DNA of 63,187 nucleotides, filler included, from Kipferlia bialata (GCA_003568945.1; 6 parts of 6 records of this genome joined end to end with filler, not necessarily neighbours in it), one strand, 5' to 3'; positions 1 through 13,117 are shown, counted from the whole stretch's first letter. Translations and numbers: made by a program. The notes: generated from the letters alone by a model not told the origin.

Positions 1-258
1 TGGAAGTGACCATGCTGCATACCCCTACTTTCCCTCCGGAGCGTCACCCCCCCCCCCCCCCCTTTCCCCCCCCCCTCTCCCCCCTTCTCTCCCTTGTTGA
101 GGCTTCAATACCCAGTTACTAGTCTCATTCTATGACTCTCTCTCTACCTCCCCCCCTCTCTCTCCCCCCTTGTTGTCAGGCATTGTGCTATGTCGAGTGT
201 GACCCAGTATCTCTCTCTCCCCCTCTGTCTCTTTCTCCCTTTACACCCTTTACACCAG

Positions 259-2649
259 GCATTGTGCAGTGCAATGTCGAGTGTGACCTTGGCCCAGCCA
301 CTCAGAGGGCAGTCAACATAGTATTGGAGGAGTGTTCGGTATGTGCAGTATATACTATATATATATGTATATGTATACTATAGTATACTATATACTAATA
401 TACCTTATATATACCTTGGTCCAGCCACACAGAGGAATGGTCTGTGCGTATGCATTGCATACTGTCTTTCACTAGTGTTACGTATATATGCAAGAATAGT
501 CACTTATACCCTCCGTACATCTAACGTCTACCCACCGTACGTCTAACCTCCAGTCCAGGGGCATGGCTGAGGTTGCCATTGAGGGGGAGAGGCAGATGTC
601 CAGGTATTAGTATACTAGGCCTAGTACATATTCATGTATATGCATATAGGGTATGTCAATTCTATACTGAGAGAGTGTGTGAGCCAGGTACTTCATATAC
701 AGTATACTGTTACATCTAGGGTATGTGTATTTAGGCACGTCATAGAGAGAGTGTGGGACAGATGACAAGGAAAAGAGTACTATTGCATATAGGAGTGTGC
801 GTTTAGAGTATGTATGAATTAAAAGGGGAAGAGGGGGAGAGGGGGAGAGAAACAGATATATTTATGGGAAGGATAACTTACACAATTGGTAAGAAGAACG
901 TAGAACGTTGTGGATTGGCATGTATGTATGGTCTTCTCACCCCCCAGGAGCAGCGAGAGGATAGCTTCCTCCATGGCCAGGTTCAAGACAGCACTGGTGA
1001 GTATGAATGTATATATCAATATAGATATACAGAAAGATACACATATAGTATTAGTATAGCTGTATATGTGTCTGCCTCCATGGCCAGGTTCAAGACAGCA
1101 CTGGTATGTTATGTGCCTGTATATATCCATGTACATAGTCTCTTGGCCAGAAAGCCTGAGGTCTCTCTCTCTCTCTCTCTCTAGACCCTTACACTCAGGT
1201 TGCTTGTGCCGGTGAGCTGAGGCAGGATGACGTGCAGAAGATGCACAACCAGGGTATGTACTGTGTACTGTAGAATGCATTCTAGACTATTAGTATTATA
1301 TATATATACCCAGGGTATGTATATTATAGATAGTATATTCATAATTACTATTGCATATATGTGTATATTGTATGTACGTTTACTAATGACGTGCAGAAGA
1401 TGCGCAACCAGGGTATGACTATTATGGATACTACACGTATTATTCACTTGTTTCACTAGATTTTTCATTGCTATCATTCATTACAATTATACGTGAATAT
1501 ATATTGATGATGTTCAGAAGATCCATACTTGTGTGCTCTCTCTTCCCCCCTCTACACACCTAATCCCCAGTCACCTCCTCCAAGCATGTGCTGGACAACC
1601 TCGACTCTCTCTCTCTCTCTCTCTCTCTCTCCCTACATCCCTAATGCTAAGTCACCTCCTCCAAGCATGTGCTGGACAACCTGCTCCAGCCCCACTCCCC
1701 CCCTCAGGATGCACCACCATCACCCGTGGTGGAGGTATACATATGTAATATACATATACGTAGAGAGAGAGAGAGAGATACATGGCGCTGATCATATGCT
1801 ATAAATGTGTATATATAGTAGTTTACTGTGTATTTATGTATATACCCTACTCCCCCCCTCAGGATGCCGCCCCGTCACCCGTGGTGGAGGTATATATACG
1901 ATATATATATACATTCAGACATATAAATATATACTGAGAGAGAGAATAGATATATATATATCCTCTTCCCCTCAGGATGCACCACCCTCACCCGTGGTGG
2001 AGGTATTTCAATACACACACATGTATATGTATAGACAGAAAAAGGGGGAATACACTAGTGCATATATAAGTATATGTCCACCCCCCTCAGAATGGACCCC
2101 CGTGGTGGAGGTATGTATATGCATATGTACATGCACATGCACCCATATATTGATAGAGAAGTATACTACGACGGTGGGCACCCACTCTCTCTTTCTCTCT
2201 TCTGATCTATGGGCCTCTCTCTTCACCCTGGCCACCACCATCCATACCTCTCTCTCTACATATATGTATATATATATGTATATATATATGTAATCTTTTC
2301 ACTCCCTCTCCCTCCAGGCCTCTCTCTTCACCCTTGCCACCACCCTCCATACCTCTCTCTCTCTCTCTCTCTCTCTACCTCTCTCATACACACACACATA
2401 TACACTCACTCCAGGCCTCCCTCTTCACCCTGGCCACCACCCTCCATGCCAGACGGGCAGTGCTTGAGACGGTATGTATTAGTGTATATACACTATGTAT
2501 ATATGTATTGTATATAAATATATGTATATATATATGTGCCACCCCCCTCCATTGATATGTATTATGTATAGATACACTAAATAGTTTCAACACTCTATGC
2601 CAGACGGGTGATGGGCATCGCTAGAGACAGTATGATGTAGAGTTACTGC

Positions 2650-2695
<46 letters not shown>

Positions 2696-5203
2696 ACACC
2701 CTTTTTACAATAGGAGTCCACTGCTGCCTATGCTGAGACCGATGCCATCAGTGCATCTCTCTCTCTCTCTGTCTCTCTCTCTCTCCCTCCCTACACCCCT
2801 TAACACTAGGAATCTGCAGCTGCCTATGCTGAGACCGATGCCATCACTGCATCTCTCTCTCTCTCTCTTTCTCTCCCTCTCTCTACCCCCTTTTTACAAT
2901 AGGAGTCCACAGCTGCCTATGCTGAGACCGATGCCATCAGTGCATCTCTCACCAAGTCATGCACAGTGGCAGAGAGTGCAAGAGATAAGGCTGTGGCAGA
3001 GCTATTGGAAGTCAAGGTAGGATTATACGTGTTCCTATACATATATTACAAGAATTATAGAGAGTGGAAGAGAGTGCATCTCTCACTAAGTCATGCACAG
3101 TGGCAGAGAGTGCTAGAGATAGAGCTGTGGCTGAATTGCTGGAAGTGAAGGTAAGAGTTAGATGTATATATATATATAGTGAGAGAGGGGGGGGGGCTAA
3201 GTCATGCACAGTGGCAGAGAGTGCTAGGGATAGGACTGTTGCTCAACTCTTGGAAGTAAAGGTGTGTAGGTATATATATATTTAGAGAGAGAGAGAGATG
3301 GACCTAGTCATGCACAGTGGCAGATGGGGCAAGGTTAGTAGCTACTTGAAGTCATTCACCCCATATTCCCTCCCTCAACATATTCACCCCCTCAACATAT
3401 CATTAATACCCAAGCCAAGGCTCTATCTCCCCCCCTTACCCTCATTCTCTCCCTCCCTACACCCTTATTCTCCAGGCCAAGCATGCTGCCCAGTCTCTCT
3501 CTCTCTCTCTCTCTCTCTCCCCCTCTACCCCTTTTATATGTCACTAATTCTCCAGGCCAAGCAGGCTGCCAGTCTCTCTCTCTCTCTCCCTCCCTACACC
3601 CTTAATCNNNNNNNNNNNNNNNNNNNNTCTCTCTCTCTCTCTCCCTCCCTACACCCTTAATCTACAGGCCAAGCAGGCTGCCCAGTCTGTCTCTCTCTCC
3701 TTCTCTCTTACCCCTTCTCTACACCCTTACTGTTCAGGCCAAGCAGGCTGCCCAGTCCCCAGCCATTGGTGCCCTGGTGAGGGAGGTGGCTGCCAAGGAG
3801 GTATGCTTCAAAGAGTATAGTATAATATACTTCTCTTTCAATATATGATTATATAGTGTATACAATCTATACTATGGATGAACGTATTTCATTACACAGT
3901 AGTATAGTGAGATATCTAAACTTGTATCTTGTATCTCTATCTCCATCTACACCCTTAGTGTCAGCGTCGGTATGCCAAGCTGGTCTCTGTATTCCTTTTT
4001 TCTTTCTCTCCCTCTGCACCCTTATTGTCAGCGTGAGTATGCCAAGCTGGTTGAGTGGAACAAGCTCGAGAGGGAGAGAGAGAAGCAGAGAGAGAAGGTA
4101 TGTGTATGTTTGGGAGGGGAAGGGTATATGTACCTTGGAAGCCATCCGTATTTGGTGTGTAGTTAATCATAGATGGAGCACAGGTCTTTACATACTATTC
4201 GTGTTACTATACTGTATGCTAACTGTAGTAGGCCCTCCGTCAAGAGGCCGAGACTATGTATAACTTGTATATAGTATAGAGTGTCGTGTACATAGAGATT
4301 TCTCAATGTATGTATTCATACTCTAACAGGAAGACCTTCGACTTCAGGCTACTGCATACCGTACGTGTATATTGTATATACATTTATACTGACCACAGGA
4401 GGCCCTTCGCCTTCAGGCCGAGAGGGCCAGAGAGGCAGAGAGAGATATATATATACTACCTTATTATAAGTATATATATTACGCATACTAATTGAATTCA
4501 TATGTATATATATATACTAATAATAGGAAGCACTTCGCCTTCAGGCCGAGAGGGCCAGGGAGGCAGAGCGGGAGAGAGAGAGGAAGGAGCAGGAGGAAGC
4601 TAGGGAGGCAGCTAGAGAGGTATAGATACACATATATACACAAACACATATACATGTAAGGAATATCGTGTTTGTATTCCACATATGTACACATTCCATT
4701 CATGTATCTCACTCTCAAGTTGCCAGGTCGTGTAGTTATGTTACTATATCATGTATATACCTCACCCTTAGATTGCCAGACAGAAGGCTGCCGAGAGAGA
4801 TGCCATCAAGGAGAGGGAGAGGCAGGAGAGGGAGGTGAGTATAGTGTGTATATAGTATGTACTATGTACTATATATACTGTACATACTATATATGCCGAT
4901 AGAGATGCTGCCAAGGAGAAAGAGAGGCAGGAGAGAGAGGTAGGGAGTGCTATCGATGGACTATACGTACTGAGAACTATCTATGTCTAGATACAATAGT
5001 TATGTGTATACTATATCTACTGAAAGAGATGCCATCAAGGAGAGGGAGAGACAGGAGAGGGAGGTATGATAAATGTATATGCATGTATATGTAGTCACTA
5101 ATACATATATATACTATGCATGCTATATATACTGAGAGAGATGCCATCAAGGAGAGAGAGAGGCAGGGGAGGGAGGTATGATATATGTATATGTATATGC
5201 TAT

Positions 5204-5234
<31 letters not shown>

Positions 5235-8200
5235 GAATACCCCTACTGAGAGAGATGCTGCCAAGGAGAGGGAGAGGTAGGAGAGAGAGGTATAGTATGA
5301 TATGTTCACCTCATACATATGCTATATACACTATATATACTATGGATACTACATATACAATACACCTAATGAGAGGGAAGACATCAAGGAGAGGGAGAGA
5401 CAGGAGAGGGATGTATATAGTATTGTGTATACACTATGTACTATATATGTATACACTACCAATACTATACAATATATATATATTAGCCGAGAGATGACCT
5501 CTGACGTATAAATCTCTATAATCATTCTTATTAATTAGTATTCTTATAAATATTAACTATAATTCTTAACGTGTGAGGCTGCCAAGTAGAAGGAGAGACT
5601 CGAGACACTATATATGTAGTATACACACCTGATTGTTGTGGTGTTTACTATATATATATATGTATATACTAACGTGTCAGGCCATCAAGGAGAAGGAGAG
5701 GCTCGAGAGGGAGGCCGAGAGAGAGAAGGACAGACTGGAGAGAGAGGTGTGAATATGTATAGGATATTCATCGCTTTCCTTCACTGTATCCCAGTTACAT
5801 GCCCGTATCAGTGTATATCTCTCTACAGCCTCATTTTAGCTTTCCTTCCTTTACTCTTCTTTTAGTTTCTCTCTCCATCGACACCTATATTCTGTTTTGA
5901 AAACAGTGTTTTCTCTCCCCCGCTACACCCTCATTCCAGGCTGACAAGGAGCAGATCAGGCTAGAGAAGCAGAAGGAGAGGGAGGAGAGAGAGAGAGTGG
6001 CTGCCATACTGGCAGAGGCCGCAAAGAGGAGAGAGGTATGTGTATGATAGTATTGTATGGATATTTGTTGAATATATACATATGCATATATATATGTACA
6101 ATCTATGTATGAATATTTGTATCGCTTCCATTCTAGCAGAGGCCGCAAAGAGGAGAGAGGTATACTATATGTATACATATAGCGTATATATATATGTAGC
6201 ACTACTACTACTACTTTTGGCTATTTTCCACTAGACCCTTATTTTTGGTCTAGACCCTTATATCAGGAGGAGAAGGAGAAGGAGAGGCTTGCCAAGGAGG
6301 CAGAGAGAGAGATTGAGAGAGAGAAGGAGAGAGAGGCTGCTAGGGTGAGAGAGGCAGAGAGAGAGGCAGAGAGAGAGAAGGCCAGAGAAGCAGCACGGGA
6401 GGCAGCTAGAATCGCTGCAGAGGTATATCCATTTGTATACACATCCTATACAGTATCTCTTGCACCCTTACTAATTTATGCCACTGGACCCTTTTTCCAT
6501 TAATGTCAGGCCAAGGAGAAGGAGAGAGAGATTGAGAGGGAGAGACTCAAGAAGGAGAGGGAGATTGCACGGGAGATTGCCAAGGAGAGAGAGGCAAAGA
6601 GGGCATTAGAAAAGGTATACATATATATATATGTATAGAGAGAGAGAGAGAGAGAGAGATTGCCAAGGAGAGAGAGGCAAAGAGGGCATTGGAGAAGGTA
6701 TATATACATATATATGTATATATATAGAGAGAGAGAGAGAGATTGCCAAGGAGAGAGAGGCAAAGAGAGCCTTAGAGAAGGTATATATACACATATATAT
6801 ATGGTATATATACCTTCATATACATAGAGAGAGGGGGAGATTTCCAAGGAGAGATTATATGAGTATATTTAGTGTTTGTCCTAGATTGATACCAGGAGAA
6901 GGAGAGGGTGGAGAGGGAGAGAGACGAGGTCTTTACATACATTGTATTCCTATGTATTCTGTATATATGTTTCGTGTTTATAAATGATAATGTATATATA
7001 CTGACTGATCACCAGGAGAAGGAGAGGGTGGAGAGAGAGAGACACGGTCTATGTACTATAGTATATATATATGAATACATTATATACGTTATACGTGTTC
7101 TGGCTATAGGCTGATACCAGGAGAAGGAGAGGGTGGAGAGAGAGAGAGACAAGTTCTATATACTATTGTAATCTATACTCTAGTATGTATGTATATATAT
7201 TCTCCATATACGTTATAGTATGTATATATGTATTCTATATGTATACTGATCACCAGGAGAAGGAGAGGGTGGAGAGGGAGAGAGAGGTCCAGGCTGCCAG
7301 GGAGGCCGCTATCAAGAGAGCGGAGGAGAGGGAGAGAGAGAAGCTGGTGGCACAGGAGACAGCTAGGTATGTGTGCATGTCTCAGTGTATTGAGAGGGGG
7401 GGGGTGCAGGCCCAAGGGGCAGCCAGATAGATACACATATCTGATCTATGCAGTAATAGTGTTACTTACTCCCCAGGCTGAGGGCTGCCGAGAGAGAGAG
7501 AGAGAAGGCAGAGAGAGAGGCCGAGAGGGAAGCAAAGAGAGAGGCAGCAAGAGAGGCAAAGAGGTATTGTATGTAAATATGAATTTTGAATAGATACACA
7601 TGAATATAGACATTTATATGTATTTTTGTATTTAGTAATAGGAGGCAGCAAGAGAAGGCAAAGAGGTGAGAGTTCTTATTGTATGATAATTATTGAAATA
7701 TGTACCTGAGGAAGGATTCTTGCTATACTTTGATACTATTTAGTAATAATGAGAGGCAGCCAGAGAGGTAAAGAGGTGAGTATAACTATAAGATGTATAG
7801 TGTATATATTAAGTAGCAGTAGACTCTTACATGACTCACTTATTCCAATGACTGCCGTTTGACTAACGTTTCAGGCTGAAGAAGGCTGAGAAGGAGAGAG
7901 AGAAGCTCGAGCGTGAGAAGGAGAGAGAGAGGGTCAGAAGAGCTGCAGAGGTACGTACTCTACTTGACATCCCTATATACATGTAGATACTTATGTATAG
8001 TAACAGGGTCACTAGACCCTTATTCTCCCCTGGCCCCTTATTTTCAGGAGGAGAAGGCCCGTATAGCCGCAGAGAGAGAGGCAGAGAGGCAGATGGAGAG
8101 AGAGAGGGCCCTGAAGCAGAGGGAGATCGCGCTGAAGGTATATATATATACATTCTATTATTCTTCAGTGAATGTATTATGTATATGGTATAATCACACC

Positions 8201-8715
8201 ATAGTACCAATTGTACAAGCTGGATTATGTATAACAATTATTACCATGATATATACTAATGATATCAGGCCGAACTAGCTGCCCTCCAGCAGTCCAAGGC
8301 AGAGACAAAGGGTGCAGATATAAAGGGTGCAGAGACCGAGGAGACTGAGCAGGTAACTAGATACAGGAGAGATGTGGTAGTTACTGGACCAAAGAGAAAG
8401 ATAGAGGGTGCAGAGACAAAGGGTGCAGAGACAAAGGGTGCAGAGATAGAGGGTGCAGAGATAGAGGGTGCAGACTGAGGAGGCTGAGCAGGTAACTAAA
8501 GAGAAGGGAGAGACGTAGTAGATACTGGACCCTTAGCTCCCTTTGGACCCTTATGCCAGGAGAAGGCAGCAGAGACTGTAGAGGAGAAGGAGGTTGCAAC
8601 ACCTGAGGCTGTCCCTGCTGAGGAAGTGCCTACTGTGGCAGAGGGAGAGACAGAGACAGAGGCAGAGGCAGAGAGAGAGGGAGAGGGAGAGGTCTCTGAG
8701 GAGCAGGTGGAGTAG
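259..8715 (+). CDS. Multi-exon (~20) protein with long E/R/K/A-rich coiled-coil or single-alpha-helix region and acidic C-tail; 5'-partial, function unknown
   Basis: GT-AG exons splice in consistent phase: IVQCNVECDLGPATQRAVNIVLEECS / SRGMAEVAIEGERQMSR / ... / ESTAAYAETDAISASLTKSCTVAESARDKAVAELLEVK (2903-3016) / EEKEKERLAKEAEREIEREKEREAAR... / ...EGEVSEEQVE, stop TAG 8713-8715. Confidence 0.8.
2714..3351 (+). repeat. Half-exon echo array around exon 2903-3016
   Basis: 5' echoes at 2714 and 2810 (acceptor plus first ~47 nt, running into (CT)n); 3' echoes at 3073-3150, 3199-3261 and a degenerate one at ~3306-3351. Confidence 0.9.
3608..3627. other. Scaffold gap (20 N)
   Basis: N run inside an echo array in an intron. 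Confidence 0.98.
4790..5415 (+). repeat. Five 3' half-exon echoes of GAGAGAGATGCCATCAAGGAGAGGGAGAGGCAGGAGAGGGAG|GT
   Basis: Copies near 4900, 5022, 5133, 5248 and 5371, separated by TA-rich spacers. Confidence 0.85.
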
Positions 8716-9038
8716 TGAGATTGTGTGTGTGGTTAGTATACGTGTGTCTGAATTGGGTAGTTTCTGCGAGTAAATTGTGCGGCAAGGACTTCTCTTTGTG
8801 TACTATGGGACTTGATAGTACAGAGTTGAGTTGTGAGTCGATATCCAACTAGATCTATATGGCGATAGAGCCAGCGAATAATTCAAGAGAATCGGAAAAC
8901 CGGAGAGCTCACTTTGCCTCTCTCTCTCTCTTTCCTCTCATTCCAAGAAGATACAAGACACAAGTGGTACCTCTGAAGTGCTACCTTGACCTACCTTGAC
9001 CTGCGTTGACCTGCGTTGACTCAGTAAGACCTACACAC

Positions 9039-11672
9039 ATGCTGGGTGATGCTAAGGCTGGGCAGAGCACAAATAGGTCAGTGTCGATACGGTAGCTGAG
9101 CTTCTAGCTCCCTCTCTCAAAATCTATATATCAACAATAGTGTCCTATGTCCGCTCTCCCCCTCTCTTTCTCTGTTCTCACCCTGGTCACCATCTCTGTC
9201 TCTCCCCCCCCCCTCACTTCCAATAATAGTATCCATGTCTGTCTCTCTCTTTCAGTGACCTTACCCAGATGATCAGACCCATCCCGGACACCATATCGCT
9301 CTCTCTCTCTCTCTTTCATCAATAGTATCCATCTCTCTTTCTCTCTCTCTCATCAATAGTGTCCATACCTGTCTCTCTCTCTTTCATCAATAGTTTCATG
9401 TCTCTCTCACTATTCTAGTGTTCTTACGCAGGTCACCCCCATGCCAGACCACATCTTACGTACATAAATAGTGTCCATCTCTCTCTCCGTATATATACAT
9501 ATCAATCATTGTATCCTCATCCAGGTCACCCCCATGCAAGACCACAACATCTCTCTCTCTCTCTCTCTCTCTCTCCGTATATATACATATCAATGATTGT
9601 GTTCTTACCCAGGTCACCCCCATGCAAGACCACACCATCCACCAGATCTGATGCATACAAGGTGTGAACATATCCCTCCCCCCCCATAATCAGTATATAT
9701 ATGTCCACTATGTGTATCTGATGCAAGGGTGACCCCCCTACCACTTTGCAATTCTCTCTCTGTCTTGCTCGCTACCCCCCCCCCCCACCCGCGCTTTTTG
9801 CACTTCTCTCTCTCTACACCCTATTTCCCCTACCCCCACTGGTCTCTCTCTACACCCTCTTTCACCTACGTTCTCTTTTCCCCCAACACGCTTGAGAATT
9901 ATGGATGGTAAAATTCTTTTACATATGGATTGGCGGGGTAAGATCCCTATGTATACAACTTCAAGTTGCTTGTACTCTAACTCCAGCCGTCTGTCTTCAA
10001 GAGAGCACGTCAAAAGTGTGGCGTAGAAGGTGGCGAGAAGAGTATAGAGAGACCAGCCAAGAGAGCCCCTGCAACCTCTGGTACCAGTAGCATTGAGTAT
10101 ATGGTGATCAACTCCACTGCTAGGAGGAGTTTTGATACTGTAGTACACCCGAATGGGGACATGTACACTGGGTATGTGTTAGACGGTGTACCACATGGGT
10201 ATGGCAAGCTGGTCCGTGCGAATGGAGACACATACAAGGGTGAGTGGGAGAGAGGCAGGAGGAGTGGTCAGGGTACATACACTAGTGTGACAGGTGAATA
10301 CACTGGTACATGGGTGTGTGACCTGCAGAGTGGCCAGGGTGTCTGTGTGTACTCAGATGGAGCATGCTACGAGGGAGGGTGGGTAGAGGGGGAGAGGAGT
10401 GGGCACGGTATGTATGATGCTGCAGATGGGTCTACCTATGTAGGAGAGTGGAGCAAGGACAAGATGCACGGTGAGGGTGTGTGCATATACACAGATGCGC
10501 GCTATGAGGGCGGGTGGGAAGATGGTTACAAGTGTGGGACCGGATACTGCGTTAATGTCACAGGGGATGTCTACAGAGGAGAGTGGAAGGGGGGAGAGAG
10601 GAGTGGACAGGGGGAGTGCCTGTATGCAGGGGATGGATCTAGGTATCAGGTAAGGATGGAACTGAAACATGGTTCCTCTCTTTCTCCTTCTCTGTTCTCT
10701 TAATGCAGGGTGCGTGGCTGGGTGACAGGTGGAACGGACATGGGGTGTTACTACACACTAACGGAGACCGGTATGAGGGGGAGTATCAGAGCGGAAAGCT
10801 GCACGGGAAGGTACGCATATGTTCGGGCAAGCTCTCATCATATACACTACCAATCGAAGATAGAGTATTGTGGTATAGGACGGAGTACATAAACAGCTCA
10901 TAGAAAGGTTTTGTACACCTTGAATGACGGTACGAGGTATGAGGGTGAGATGAGGCAGGGTCAGAGGAGTGGGTATGGGGTACAAGTACTGCCGGATGGT
11001 GATAGGTATGAGGGAGAGTGGGAGTGTGACCTATATAGCGGCCATGGTACACACACACACGCCAATGGCAACGTCTATGTAGGAGACCACAAGCGGGGTA
11101 AGATGCATGGGCAGGGGGTGTTCACATTCGTAGATGGCAGGTAGGCTTCTATATCCCTATACTTTAGCTCATATTACTATATCACAGTGATATTATCACC
11201 TATGTCTATACACATAGAAGTATGATAGTATAGGTATTGTCAGTTTCTATCAATTTACTCGGTCCATTATCACTAATGGAAGGCGGTACGAGGGTGAAGT
11301 GAGTTGCGATCACTTCTGCGGCAATGGATCATTTGAATGGCCTGATGGTAGGTGTGTGGTCAACTCAGTAGTGTCATGTTGTTACAGTATACTTCATCAA
11401 CGTGACACTATTCTAGTAAAATTGAAGTTATCTTCTGTATCCTCGCTAAACGTCGAGTCTGTAGGCTGTCTGCGTTCCTTCTCCATCTCTCTGTAGTACA
11501 GAACTTTCCTATAACTTAAGAGTAAGTCATGAGTTATGATAATGCCAGGAAATACGTGGGACAGTTTGTACATAGCCAGATGAATGGACGTGGGACATTC
11601 ACTGATAGTGATGGGACAAATATCCACGGAGAGTGGCTTTGTGGGAAATTCATTCAATGCAGACCACCATAG
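9039..11672 (+). CDS. MORN-repeat protein
   Basis: ATG 9039; exons about 9039-9076, 9613-9661, 9987-10649, 10709-10810, 10908-11140, 11283-11351, 11549-11672 (TAG). Many YxGxWxxGxrxGxG repeats, e.g. NGDTYKGEWERGRRSGQGTY and DGDRYEGEWECDLYSGHGTH. Confidence 0.9.
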
Positions 11673-12136
11673 GATACAACGCTAGTAACACTGCACATAA
11701 CTACTAATATATCGCTTCTCCAACACGTCCTTTAGAGGCATCCTACTACCTATATCATAGAACTGGTTCATACAGGGGCTGTGTTTACTCTCTCAGTTAC
11801 AATGGGTGTCGTTTACTACATAGAGTAGGGTGCTAAACATTCTTCGTAGTGAATAGAAAATTCATTTTGTCTCCACCCTAAGTCTCTGTGAGATTATCAT
11901 TCCTTCAGCCAACAGAAAACCTGCCGACATACTGTTAGTTAAATAAGCAGTAATTATGATGTTGTGTGAAGTAGAGTTGATTGCATCGCATTGGAGCGTT
12001 TCAATCGGAGAATCGGACGACATTCGGAGAGTCCTCTAGGTCGATGCCTCACTCTCCCTCTTCAGACACAACCACCCCGAGTGAGAACTGTGCCAGACAT
12101 AGCCTATAGAGAGTAACTAACGAGTACTGATCCGCC

Positions 12137-13017
12137 ATGGTTGAGGAAAGGGGTTCATATAGGTGGGGGAAGTAGATATCCTCATATGCACAAACTTGCT
12201 TCTCTCTCTCTCTCTCTCTCTCTCTTCTTCTTCTTCTCTCTCTCTCTCTCTCTCTCTATCAAACTAACCCAGTGACCAGCAAGATGATGTGACCACAACA
12301 GGGCATGTGCACATCGAGGTTAGTAGTATATATTTAGGCAGAGATTATGTGTAACTATATATATATACATACATAGAGAGAGGGAGAGAGAGAGAGAGAG
12401 AGAGAGAAAGAACAGTGCCACAGCATGGATCATATGTCCCTCTGTCAGAGTAAGAGTATATATACCTCCCCGCCTCCCTTCCATTCTTCCTTACCCCTTA
12501 CATTCATGTTCTTACTTTGATACTATCGGAGTAAGAGAATCCCCCCCCCCGCTCCATATACATATTGCATTTTGTCATTCCACTCACCTCTTTCATTCCT
12601 GCCTGGCTGTGTGGCCAAGAATTCTTCTGCTGTTGCAGTGTATGCTACCTAATCAGAACACAAATGTGATATCTATCCAATGTCAGTACAACAGTACTAT
12701 CATTTATCAATGGTATATACTTATATAATACTGGCCAACCCATATCTATATATACATGTATAGTTTTCATGTACATATGCCTATACATATACCAATACAC
12801 TGACGGCAGAACTGAAGATGATATATCTGCACCCGTAACCACTCTTGTTTTTCTACATTGACACTGACTCTAGTGTCTAGCCTACTAAAGTAGTACTAAT
12901 CCAGTTCTTGGTTGTTCTCACACCTAGGACCCCTCTATTGACTGGAGTGTGCAGACAAAGGGACAGTGCTATGCTTCCCTGACCTATCCGAATGGGGATG
13001 TGTACACAGGATACATA
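12137..13017 (+). CDS. Second MORN-repeat gene (tandem paralog), truncated by contig end
   Basis: ATG 12137 in gccATGg; exons MVEERGSYS / DQQDDVTTTGHVHIE / DPSIDWSVQTKGQCYASLTYPNGDVYTGYI. The last matches HPNGDMYTGYV at the start of the MORN array of the upstream gene. Confidence 0.7.
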
Positions 13018-13117
13018 NNNNNNNNNNNNNNNNNNNNNNNNNNNNNNNNNNNNNNNNNNNNTTAATTAATTAANNNNNNNNNNNNNNNNNNNNNNNNNNN
13101 NNNNNNNNNNNNNNNNN
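13018..13117. other. Artificial contig linker
   Basis: N run, TTAATTAATTAA (stops in six frames), N run; 100 nt in total. Confidence 0.98.

Noticed and set aside
343..8240. Many ORF-track products rich in YIYI, LSLSL or ERERE
   Set aside because: Translations of (TA)n and (CT)n/(GA)n intronic microsatellites or antisense frames; real coding is in short spliced exons.
13018..13117. Recurrent TTAATTAATTAA palindrome flanked by Ns (five copies) as a biological repeat
   Set aside because: Identical 100-nt six-frame-stop linker used to join contigs; it also invalidates any neighbourhood argument across contigs.
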